A DNA stretch of 64,000 nt. Origin: Bryobacterales bacterium (lineage in GTDB: Bacteria > Acidobacteriota > Terriglobia > Bryobacterales > Bryobacteraceae). The position numbers and the translations under genes are program-made. Location of the stretch: contig CANIIC010000001.1 of assembly GCA_947467395.1 (NCBI GenBank), positions 368-64,367 on the forward strand, written 5' to 3'. Shown piece after piece: positions 39,883 to 48,587 of the stretch (the stretch's first letter is position 1; every line of letters starts with the position of its first letter). The notes under the pieces are model-generated. The model did no database searches and was not told the DNA's origin. It was given only the letters and a program-made list of their open reading frames with translations.

Positions 39883-42800
39883 ATGAGACACGTTAAGTTC
39901 ACTGCTGTATTGATGTTGTTGATCCCATCTTTTGGCGCGGGCCAGGCGCTTCGGTCAGTCACTTTTGGCACATCTCAGGCAACTTACTCGGTTTCCGATC
40001 TGACTGCTGGCGATATGGTGGCAGAATTCCGGATCCATAACTTTGCACCACCGGTTTCCATAGATCGAGATATTTTCGGTGTGGCTGAACCTTTCCCTAT
40101 CCAGTTTTGCCGCATTCTGGCTAATACCCTGACGCTGCGGTGCTCATTCAGCAACGACGGTGCCCCGGACGGTTTGACGGACTTCGACTTAACAGGGAAG
40201 ACGGACGTGCGCGTCCGGTACCTGCGCTCCGGCACGGATAAGACTACGGTTCTGTCCACGTGGGACGGTGACTGTTCCAGTCCACAGACGCACATCAAGT
40301 CGATTGGCACGGTGGCAGGGCAGCCATTTGTGACCAACGGGCAGACGTTCGGAGTCGGGGGACAAGGGCTGTCCCTTGGCTTCCTGCGAATTTCAACAGT
40401 TGTCGCCCCGTCGACAATCTGCCCCGCCGATGTTGCATCGGCAGGATACCTGTCGCTGCTGTTCGATAACAACACGTTCGCGGATACCAGCGGACGAAAC
40501 CATCACTTCTCTACTAACCAGGCCACTTATACTGCCTCGCCGGTGTACAATCCCCGAGCGGTCATCTCAGGCCTGCAGACTTACAAGCGGGTTGTGCGCG
40601 CAGGCGACCCCATGACCCTGACCTCACAAGGTTCGACCACTTTCTCAGGTAATGGCGTTCCAGTCCAATATGATTGGGCTCAGGTGGCTGGCCCAGACGA
40701 AGCGAGCCTCGACTCCCGCAACAGTCCTACTGTAGTAATCAAGCCTCCAGTGACGGGTGAGTACACGTTCCGGCTTTCCGTTCGGGACGCCGAAGGAAGA
40801 ATCGGCTCAGTGGATCAGAAAATTGGAGTGGTAGCCAGCGATAGTAGAGGTTTAGTTGCTATCGAAAACCAGGAATTGGCAGGGGTTTTGGGGCCCTTGA
40901 CCCGGCACGGAGTGAATCCATGGCCCTGGTACGACGTCGCCGAGGCGGCGGATGCGGATGCTCTGGAAGCAGCGGGCATGTTGAACCCGCTCACGGGATG
41001 CTGCACGTCGATGGCTGGAACCGTCACCGTTACCGCAGCCCCTCCTAACACGACCGAAGGCACTTTCATATGCTGCACCCCTGTCGTAACCGGAACAGGT
41101 ACCCATTTTGTTTCAGACTTACACGTAGGGGATGCCTTGTTCCTGTGGTGGGATGTCGGAGGCGATGGTTCCAACCGCGGGCGGGCGCTGGTCGCTGTGC
41201 AGCAGATTCTGGACGACACTCATTTTCGGATTGCGGACTACTACTGGACCCGTCCGCTGAGCTTGTCGTCAAGCATGAACTATTCAAAGGCGGGACCGGA
41301 CATTGCCGGCTATACGTATTACGGCCAACCGAGCACGTCATGGAACTACTACGACGCGATCCTCGGGTTGGGTCGCCTGTGGCAGCGAACTGGACTGGAG
41401 CACTATCGAGACTCTTTTCGGTTGGCATGCGAGCAATGGTGGGTCTATGGCCTGGATTCAGGCTACGCATCCGTGATCCCGCGCAATGCGGGGTGGCACG
41501 CCATGGCGGCCTGCGCGGCAGACAATCACCCGGATTGGTGGGAAGGACTGGCGCGGAACGTGGCGAGAACAGTGGGTAACACTCCATCACCGGTGACGAA
41601 TGGCAACAACTCTTTTGACTCACGGGAAATCGGTTTCACCACGCGCGCGACGGCTTTACTCGCGAAGTATTACCCGGCTCATGCGGCCGACGCAACGGCG
41701 GCAAGGACGCTCTGGTGCGGACATCTGAGCCGTCTGGTAAATGAGATCTGGATCCATAACTTCGTGACGCTGAACGGCGGTCGCCATGGCTACTGGCCGG
41801 AAGACTTATACTCTGTGGATCTCAACATTCCAACCGGCATTTCGGAAGAAACCGGAGCGTTTGGAACTTCTCCCTGGCGGTCCAACGGGATCGTGAACCT
41901 AGCCTTGATTCGGGCGCATGACGCATACACTGATGCCGCCTCCTGTAACAATCCAACGCTGGCGGACACGCTGTTGGACGTGATCAAGAAGTCAGCCGCT
42001 TTTATGTATGACTACGGCCGTTCGCCGGATGGGGGGCTGTACTACAACGTTCTGTATGCCACCAATCAAGGGCTGGCGGCGGGAACGGTGTGGCGTAACA
42101 ACGATACCCCGGGCAGCATTGCTGTGATAAACGGGGACACCGCTATCGTTGGGACATCGACCACGTTTCCAACATCTTTTTCCTGCGACGGTTCGGACCG
42201 TATAACAATATTGCAGTCCAGCGGCGCGAGTGCTGACTATCAGGTCGCTGGCTGCGTCGATGCAACGCACGCACGTTTGGCAACCGCCTATGTAGGTCCG
42301 ACGGGTTCGGGTTTGAGTTATTCCAACGCAGGCCGAATCGCCGTTACAAACGGGAGCACCACTGTAACGGGAACTGCGACGTCGTTCCAACCAGTGTTCG
42401 CTCCTTGCGACGGCACAACATACATCGGAATCCCAGGTCAGAGGGATCGCTGGGTATACAAGGTGGTTGGATGCCCCAGCAATACTTCGCTCACCCTTGA
42501 AATACCCTATCGCAGTAGCACCGAGTCAGGGATCCGTCTGTTTACGAGAGGGTCCAAGGCGCCGAGCAACTGCGCGCCCTCCATCGCGAAGTCCTGCGAA
42601 GCGGATTTATACGATGGACGCAACCTCGCACACGATCCCATGGCGTCGTTCGCGTGGCTGTACTTCAAGACCGGGGAGAGCTCTTGGAAGGACGCCGCCG
42701 AGTACTTCGGCGGGCGCGCTTACGGCGGGCCCGCGGCAGGTCCGGGGGCCATCGGACCACCGTTTGGACCGGAGGCGGACGGACATCCGAACAACTTCGA

Positions 42801-43194
42801 TGATCCGCTGCTGGCGTGCAGTCAGAATGGCGGCATCCCACCATGCGGGAAGGGCTTCGGCGCCAGCGTCGTCCTGGGCAAGCCGTTCGGGATGAGTGCA
42901 GGGATAGGTGATGCGCCCAACGCATTCGCGTACCTGGTTGGCGGTCCTACGCGGTTCGCGAACGCTAGTTTACCCGTCTCTATTAACGCACCGGCGGTGG
43001 AGGGTGCGGCCTTCGCGCGCCTGACCGTCACGCGTCCCACCCGGGAGACCGCGGTAACCGACTGCGCAGCACTTCCGTGCTCAGTGCAGGTGGATCGGCG
43101 ACTGGGGACGCATGTGCTCGCCATCGATTACTTGTCGCCGGCAGGGCAGGTGCTGCGGTCGGTGAAATTCATGGTGTACGGGGACCGGCCCTAG
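39883..43194 (+). CDS. Large secreted multidomain protein (beta-sandwich N-terminal region, PKD-like Ig domain, helical repeat/toroid-like centre, beta-rich C-terminus)
   Basis: ATG 39883 gives signal peptide MRHVKFTAVLMLLIPSFGAGQA. PKD-like block VQYDWAQVAGPDEASL...GEYTFRLSVRDAEGRIG. The central region is W/Y-rich and helical. Confidence 0.6.
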   Translation: MRHVKFTAVLMLLIPSFGAGQALRSVTFGTSQATYSVSDLTAGDMVAEFRIHNFAPPVSIDRDIFGVAEPFPIQFCRILANTLTLRCSFSNDGAPDGLTDFDLTGKTDVRVRYLRSGTDKTTVLSTWDGDCSSPQTHIKSIGTVAGQPFVTNGQTFGVGGQGLSLGFLRISTVVAPSTICPADVASAGYLSLLFDNNTFADTSGRNHHFSTNQATYTASPVYNPRAVISGLQTYKRVVRAGDPMTLTSQGSTTFSGNGVPVQYDWAQVAGPDEASLDSRNSPTVVIKPPVTGEYTFRLSVRDAEGRIGSVDQKIGVVASDSRGLVAIENQELAGVLGPLTRHGVNPWPWYDVAEAADADALEAAGMLNPLTGCCTSMAGTVTVTAAPPNTTEGTFICCTPVVTGTGTHFVSDLHVGDALFLWWDVGGDGSNRGRALVAVQQILDDTHFRIADYYWTRPLSLSSSMNYSKAGPDIAGYTYYGQPSTSWNYYDAILGLGRLWQRTGLEHYRDSFRLACEQWWVYGLDSGYASVIPRNAGWHAMAACAADNHPDWWEGLARNVARTVGNTPSPVTNGNNSFDSREIGFTTRATALLAKYYPAHAADATAARTLWCGHLSRLVNEIWIHNFVTLNGGRHGYWPEDLYSVDLNIPTGISEETGAFGTSPWRSNGIVNLALIRAHDAYTDAASCNNPTLADTLLDVIKKSAAFMYDYGRSPDGGLYYNVLYATNQGLAAGTVWRNNDTPGSIAVINGDTAIVGTSTTFPTSFSCDGSDRITILQSSGASADYQVAGCVDATHARLATAYVGPTGSGLSYSNAGRIAVTNGSTTVTGTATSFQPVFAPCDGTTYIGIPGQRDRWVYKVVGCPSNTSLTLEIPYRSSTESGIRLFTRGSKAPSNCAPSIAKSCEADLYDGRNLAHDPMASFAWLYFKTGESSWKDAAEYFGGRAYGGPAAGPGAIGPPFGPEADGHPNNFDDPLLACSQNGGIPPCGKGFGASVVLGKPFGMSAGIGDAPNAFAYLVGGPTRFANASLPVSINAPAVEGAAFARLTVTRPTRETAVTDCAALPCSVQVDRRLGTHVLAIDYLSPAGQVLRSVKFMVYGDRP

Positions 43195-43206
43195 TTCCTG
43201 CTGATT

Positions 43207-43247
43207 TGGTGCTGCAAGGGGCGCTTTGCCCGTCCCTTGCAGCACCA
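43207..43247 (+). terminator. Strong 14-bp hairpin after the large secreted-protein gene (terminator candidate, no T-run)
   Basis: tggtgctgcaaggg-N13-cccttgcagcacca begins 13 nt after the TAG at 43192-43194. Confidence 0.4.
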
Positions 43248-43453
43248 TGTCCAGTCTCTTTGCCGCGCCCTAAACTGTTCCGGAGAGTAAGCCGATGGAC
43301 CTATGAGTAGCGCTGCTTGTATTTACGAGTATTGTAGGAATAGGCTCGAGTGGATCATAAATCGATAGATGCGGTCAGGCAACGTATCCGTGGTTTAACC
43401 CGGCTGGATGGCGGTGAGCGTCGAAGCTTCCTGTGGGCCACAGGGCCACAAAC

Positions 43454-44407
43454 ATGATCCAATCACTTTCGATCGTTATTCCCATCTATAACTCTGAAAA
43501 GAGTCTTCCGATTCTCTTGGAGCGCTTGGGCAATCAGCTGCCTAGATTGGCGGAGCACTGGGAAGTCATCCTGGTGAACGATGGCAGCCCGGACCGAAGT
43601 TGGCAGGTAATCCAAGGCGCATTGGCGTCCCACGCATGGCTGCGCGCGATTGACCTGATGCGCAACTACGGGCAGCACAACGCTCTTCTGTGCGGCATTC
43701 GGAACGCCCAGCACGAAGTGATCGTGACCATGGACGACGATCTTCAGAACCCGCCGGACGAGATTGGCGGCCTACTTGCCAAGCTTCAGGAAGGGTATGA
43801 CGTCGTTTACGGGTATCCGCGGGAAGAGAGCCACGGCCTGTTGCGCAACCTGGCATCCCGAATCACAAAAAAGGTGTTACAGGCCGGCATGGGCGTCGAC
43901 GTCGCAAGCCGGGTCAGCAGCTTTCGGGCATTTCGAGCTGAAGTTCGGGAAGGATTTGAGGGCTATCGGGGCGCCTTCGTGTCGATTGATGTGTTGTTGA
44001 GTTGGTCTACCGCTCGCTTCGCCGCAATTCCGGTGAACAATCCGCCTCGCGAATTGGGTGAATCCAACTACACCCTGCGCAAGCTGATCGCACACGCCCT
44101 GAACATGGTGACCGGCTTTAGCATCGTTCCCTTGCAAATTGCCAGCATCCTGGGGTTTGGCTTCGCCGTTTTCGGGATGGGGACGTTGGGGTACGTGGTG
44201 GTGCTGTACGTCATAAACGGCGGCAGCATACCGGGTTTTCCCTTTTTGGCCTCTCTGATCTCCATCTTCTCCGGCGTGCAGCTGTTCTCCCTGGGCATTT
44301 TGGGCGAGTATCTGGCGCGCATTCATTTTCGAACCATGGACCGGCCGTGCTACGCGGTTCGTACCGAGCGGACAAGCACCACAAAACCCGGAGGTCCAGC
44401 GAAATAA
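43454..44407 (+). CDS. GT2 polyprenyl-phosphate glycosyltransferase (ArnC/GtrB/DPM1-like)
   Basis: Blocks LSIVIPIYNSEKSLP, VNDGSPDRS, RNYGQHNALLCG and MDDDLQNPP, plus two C-terminal TM helices. Confidence 0.85.
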   Translation: MIQSLSIVIPIYNSEKSLPILLERLGNQLPRLAEHWEVILVNDGSPDRSWQVIQGALASHAWLRAIDLMRNYGQHNALLCGIRNAQHEVIVTMDDDLQNPPDEIGGLLAKLQEGYDVVYGYPREESHGLLRNLASRITKKVLQAGMGVDVASRVSSFRAFRAEVREGFEGYRGAFVSIDVLLSWSTARFAAIPVNNPPRELGESNYTLRKLIAHALNMVTGFSIVPLQIASILGFGFAVFGMGTLGYVVVLYVINGGSIPGFPFLASLISIFSGVQLFSLGILGEYLARIHFRTMDRPCYAVRTERTSTTKPGGPAK

Positions 44408-44423
44408 GAGCTGGCGAAACGGC

Positions 44424-45257
44424 ATGGACATGGCACAGTTCGCTCGGAATTTGCGGCGGAACGACCGCGGCGTGTGGTCCCCCGATTCACAGTCGGCCAT
44501 CTCCTCTCCGGCGCATGGAAATAGTGTGTACTTCGATGTAGAAGGGAAATCCTTCTGGTTCCAACATCGCAACCGCTGCCTCCTGGAGTTGCTCCAGCAA
44601 TTCCCACCGCAAGGGACGATCTTCGATGTGGGCGGGGGCAACGGCTTCGTGTCACTCGGCTTACATCAAAATGGTCACTCCGTGGTGCTGGTGGAACCGG
44701 GGCCCGAAGGCGCGATGAACGCACAGCACCGGGGCATTCAGAACGTGGTCTGTTCCACTCTGCAGGACGCCGGGTTCGTGCCGGCATGCATGGACGCCGC
44801 GGGGCTCTTTGACGTGGTGGAACATATCCAGGACGAAGTGGGCTTCCTGCGCGATGTTTTTGCGGGGCTCCGCGCCGGTGGGCGCTTGTATTTGACCGTG
44901 CCCGCCTATTCGTCCCTCTGGTCGCAAGAGGATGTGGATGCGGGCCATTACCGGCGCTATACGAAACCGCAGTTGTCTGCGGCGCTTGGTCGCGCGGGCT
45001 TTGAAATCGAATATCAGACATACCTCTTCCAGTTCCTGATTCTGCCCCTCTTGCTGCTGCGCGGCTTGCCGTATCGTCTGGGTCTCGCGCAGAGCGGATG
45101 CGACGCGGAACAAGTCAATCAGAGTCATCAGTTGCCCGGAGGTGCGGCCGGCCGGTTCCTGCAAGCGTGGCTGGACCGTGAAATTGCAGTGATCCGCTCG
45201 GGCGGGGCTGTGAGTTCGGGCACCAGCATCCTGGCGGTAGCTAGAAAACCCCGGTAA
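44424..45257 (+). CDS. Class I SAM-dependent methyltransferase
   Basis: Motif I TIFDVGGGNGFVSLGL, with acidic residue VLVEP and post-I LFDVVEHI. Confidence 0.75.
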   Translation: MDMAQFARNLRRNDRGVWSPDSQSAISSPAHGNSVYFDVEGKSFWFQHRNRCLLELLQQFPPQGTIFDVGGGNGFVSLGLHQNGHSVVLVEPGPEGAMNAQHRGIQNVVCSTLQDAGFVPACMDAAGLFDVVEHIQDEVGFLRDVFAGLRAGGRLYLTVPAYSSLWSQEDVDAGHYRRYTKPQLSAALGRAGFEIEYQTYLFQFLILPLLLLRGLPYRLGLAQSGCDAEQVNQSHQLPGGAAGRFLQAWLDREIAVIRSGGAVSSGTSILAVARKPR

Positions 45258-45262
45258 AGAGC

Positions 45263-46012
45263 ATGCAAAACCCGTCTATGACCGACGTCTGCCACCTGTT
45301 GGACTGGGATACCGGGTTTTTCGGCGTTCGCATCGCGCGCCTGGATCGCACCGCACCGACAGCTGCTGAACTGCAGGATGCCTTGATCTGGTGCGAAACC
45401 GAGCGGATCGAGTGTTTGTATCTACTGGCGGACGCCAATGATCCGGCCACAACGCGACTGGCCGAAGATGCCGGATTCCATCTGCGCGACATCCGGATGA
45501 CACTGGCTCGAGCGCTGGCCGGAAGCGCTGCGGGTCTGCCGCCCGGCATCCGGACTGCCACCGAAGGAGACATCGATGGGTTGGCGCGTATCGCTGAAAC
45601 CAGCCACACCGATTCGCGGTTTTACTACGATCCGGGCTTCCCCCGGGAGCACTGCGACGCTCTGTACCGAACCTGGATTGAGAGGAGCTGCCGCGGATAT
45701 GCGCAGCAGGTATTTGTCGCGGATCACGAGGGAGTGGCAGCCGGGTATATCACTTGCCACAAGGATGAGGACGCCGGCCGGATTGGCCTGTTGGCTGTCG
45801 CCGAAGCCGCGCGAGGTGGCGGGCTGGGGAGCCGTTTGATCTCTGCGGCACTTCAGTATTTCGCCGCGTCCGGATTTGACCAAACGACGGTAGTCACACA
45901 AGGCCGCAATACGGCAGCACAGCGGCTCTATATCCGCCACGGCTTCCTGCCTCAAAGTACAGAGGTATGGTATCACCGCTGGTTCAGACAGCCTGAACAA
46001 GAACACAAATGA
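45263..46012 (+). CDS. wecD: dTDP-4-amino-4,6-dideoxyhexose N-acetyltransferase (WecD/RffC-like GNAT)
   Basis: Collinear with E. coli WecD as recalled: LLDWDTGFFGV, DSRFYYDP, YRTWIERSCRG, GRIGLLAV and VVTQGRNTAAQRLYIRHGF. Confidence 0.8.
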   Translation: MQNPSMTDVCHLLDWDTGFFGVRIARLDRTAPTAAELQDALIWCETERIECLYLLADANDPATTRLAEDAGFHLRDIRMTLARALAGSAAGLPPGIRTATEGDIDGLARIAETSHTDSRFYYDPGFPREHCDALYRTWIERSCRGYAQQVFVADHEGVAAGYITCHKDEDAGRIGLLAVAEAARGGGLGSRLISAALQYFAASGFDQTTVVTQGRNTAAQRLYIRHGFLPQSTEVWYHRWFRQPEQEHK

Positions 46013-47148
46013 GCCCAAGAATTCCATTCAACAAACCCTGCCTGGAAGGCAAGGAATTACTCTACGTTGCCGAAGCGATCCTGCTGGGACATGCGGCCGG
46101 CGATGGATCCTTCACAAAGCGATGCCACCAACTGCTGGAGGGCGGGCTGGGGGCGGCTCGCGTGCTATTGACGACATCCTGCACCCACGCGCTGGAGATG
46201 AGCGCCCTTCTGCTGGACATTCAACCCGGTGACGAAGTGATCGTACCGGCGTTTACGTTTGTGTCCACCGTCAATGCGTTTGTTCTCCGGGGCGCCACCC
46301 CAGTATTTGCCGATATTCGGCGGGACACGCTGAACATGGATGAGAAACTGCTGCCGGACCTCATCACGTCACGAACCAAGGCCATCGTTCCCGTCCATTA
46401 CGCGGGCGTGGCTTGTGAGATGGACACGATCTGTGCCCTTACCTCCCGGCACGGGATTCCCTTGGTGGAGGACAATGCGCATGGACTCTTTGCGCGTTAC
46501 AAGGGACGCTTTTTGGGCACCTTCGGCTGCCTGGCCACCCAAAGTTTCCACGAAACCAAGAACATCACTTGCGGTGAGGGCGGGGCGCTCATCATCAACG
46601 ACCTATCGCTCAAGGAACGGGCGGAGATTATTCGCGAGAAAGGCACCGATCGCAGCCGGTTCTTCCGCGGTCAAGTGGACAAGTACACTTGGGTGGGCAT
46701 CGGCTCCAGTTATCTGCCCTCCGATATTCTGGCCGCCTATCTGTGTGCGCAACTCGAAGCCTGGACCGTGATTCAGAGCAAACGCAGCAATATCTGGCGC
46801 CGCTATGCGGAGGGTTTGAAGCACTGGGCCGAACAATCCGGCGTACAGATGCCCGTGGTTCCCGAAGAGTGCGAGCAGGCCTATCACATGTTTTACATCC
46901 TGCTGCCTTCGTTGCGTGTGCGGCAAGCCATGATTGAGCACCTCAAGGCCAGCGGCGTCATGGCGGTGTTTCACTACCTGCCGCTGCATCTTTCGGCGAT
47001 GGGAGAGACCTTTGGCGGGAGGGTAGGCCAGTGCCCGGTCACTGAGGACGTCAGCGATCGCCTGCTGCGCCTGCCCCTCTACAACGATCTGAGACCCGCC
47101 GAGCAGGATCGGGTCATTGACGCTGTCTGCTCGTTTAAGGTCGATTAA
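46009..47148 (+). CDS. wecE: dTDP-4-amino-4,6-dideoxygalactose transaminase (DegT/DnrJ/EryC1 family)
   Basis: Near-collinear with E. coli WecE as recalled: IPFNKP, LLTTSCTHALEMSALLLDIQPGDEVIVPAFTFVSTVNAFVLRGA, VPVHYAGVACEMD, SFHETKNITCGEGGALIIND, REKGTDRSRFFRGQVDKYTWVGIGSSYLPSD and LLRLPLY. Confidence 0.92.
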   Translation: MSPRIPFNKPCLEGKELLYVAEAILLGHAAGDGSFTKRCHQLLEGGLGAARVLLTTSCTHALEMSALLLDIQPGDEVIVPAFTFVSTVNAFVLRGATPVFADIRRDTLNMDEKLLPDLITSRTKAIVPVHYAGVACEMDTICALTSRHGIPLVEDNAHGLFARYKGRFLGTFGCLATQSFHETKNITCGEGGALIINDLSLKERAEIIREKGTDRSRFFRGQVDKYTWVGIGSSYLPSDILAAYLCAQLEAWTVIQSKRSNIWRRYAEGLKHWAEQSGVQMPVVPEECEQAYHMFYILLPSLRVRQAMIEHLKASGVMAVFHYLPLHLSAMGETFGGRVGQCPVTEDVSDRLLRLPLYNDLRPAEQDRVIDAVCSFKVD

Positions 47149-48164
47149 AGCAGGGCGTTGCCGATGCCGTGGAGCGCCTGCTGAATGGCCGCGTAATAAG
47201 CGGCGGCGGAAAATCGCTCTGCAGCGGCCTTACGGGCCTGTGCCGCCGTTTGCTCCACCAGCTCGGGTGAAGCAAGCAGGGTGCGAATCTGCTCCCGAAG
47301 CGCGCTGGGATCGGCCGGTGGCACCAGGAAACCGGTCTTGCCATGCTCAATATAGCTGGCGGCACCAGTGTTATCGTTCACCACTACACACTTCCCCAAG
47401 CGCATCGCCCCAACATAGGTGATCACACCTGGCCGGCGAATCACATCTTTTTCAAGCGCCAGCACCAGGAGCCGCGCCGCACACAGTTGACGCCAGTATT
47501 CGGCTTCGGGAATACGGCCCAGAATCTTCACATTACCCGGCACCGCGAGTGAGCGAAAGTGTTCCTGAGGGGCCACCACGCGGATCTCCACCGGGAGATC
47601 CTTAACCGCCGCCAGTAGAGTCGGGTAGTCGCGCTGATGCACGCCGCTGGTCAGAATATAGTCGCCCGTGACCGGCTCCAATTCCGAACCGGCGTCGGTA
47701 CAGTACGGAATCCACACAAACTTCTTCTGGTCGACCCCAAAATACCGGGCGTAGTTCGTCGCTTCGGCGTGACAGAACACCTGAATCCGCGAGGCTCCAG
47801 CAACAATACGCCGGTGCAGCCAGCGATTCAGGTGGATTCGCCAGCCGGTTTTATACGTTTCGTACCATTCAATGTCGAGCAACAGGCTTGGTCTGCGCAG
47901 AAACGGGACCATGCCCTGCAGCAACATCAGCAGTTCTCCATAGCGGCCGGTTACAACCGCGGCATAGCGTCCGCGCCGGCGGAAGAGCGTGTAGGCCAGC
48001 CAAAGCCGCGCAAGATGTTCCGTCTTCCCGCCAAGGGGGTAGTTACGTTGAAACTCGGTAGACAGTTCGGCCTCATCCGCCAAAACGTCGAAGCACCCTG
48101 GCAGCGGGACGTTCCGGGGGGCGGTCAGGGGGCGGGTAAACAACACGTTCATGCGGTGGTCCAT
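47145..48164 (-). CDS. Glycosyltransferase-like protein (GT-B C-terminal half), paralog of 29324..30292
   Basis: Block GAMRLGKCVVVNDNTGAASYIEHGKTGFLVPPADPSALREQI. An alternative start lies at 48152. Confidence 0.6.
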   Translation of the reverse strand: MDHRMNVLFTRPLTAPRNVPLPGCFDVLADEAELSTEFQRNYPLGGKTEHLARLWLAYTLFRRRGRYAAVVTGRYGELLMLLQGMVPFLRRPSLLLDIEWYETYKTGWRIHLNRWLHRRIVAGASRIQVFCHAEATNYARYFGVDQKKFVWIPYCTDAGSELEPVTGDYILTSGVHQRDYPTLLAAVKDLPVEIRVVAPQEHFRSLAVPGNVKILGRIPEAEYWRQLCAARLLVLALEKDVIRRPGVITYVGAMRLGKCVVVNDNTGAASYIEHGKTGFLVPPADPSALREQIRTLLASPELVEQTAAQARKAAAERFSAAAYYAAIQQALHGIGNALL

Positions 48165-48359
48165 GCGGGAATTGCACGATCCGTTTGCAGCAATTTCAGG
48201 GGCAAGCTATTGAGGCGGAACCGCAATGCCGATAGGACGGATATGTCCAAGGGTCGCGCTTGTGGGGCAACCTCGACCGCGATTCCGGCGGCGCGCGCAA
48301 GCGTAATCAGTTTGGGGCGAAACTCTCGCATCATCTGTCACAATAGAACAAAACTTCCT

Positions 48360-48587
48360 ATGGAATCGAATCTTCTCGAAATTCTGGCGATTATCAAGCA
48401 ACTGGGGGGCCTGGCGAGCCTCGACGCGGATCAGGATTTTTACGAAGCTGGGGTCAGTTCGGTCCAGTCCCTGCCGCTGCTCATGCAGATCGAAGATGAA
48501 TACAGCATCAGCATACCCGATGAGCGGTTTACCGAAATCCGTACCGCCCGCCAGTTGAGTGCCCTGGTAGGAGAACTACACGCGTGA
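48360..48587 (+). CDS. Acyl/peptidyl carrier protein (75 aa)
   Basis: Phosphopantetheine site context FYEAGVSSVQSLPLLMQIEDEY. This is only the last 75 codons of ORF 47637..48587. The rest of that ORF is antisense to the glycosyltransferase gene. Confidence 0.75.
   Translation: MESNLLEILAIIKQLGGLASLDADQDFYEAGVSSVQSLPLLMQIEDEYSISIPDERFTEIRTARQLSALVGELHA

Noticed and set aside
47637-48359. Upstream 241 codons of ORF 47637..48587
   Set aside because: This part is antisense to the glycosyltransferase-like gene 47145..48164 and crosses the divergent promoter region. Only the last 75 codons (from ATG 48360) form a coherent carrier protein.
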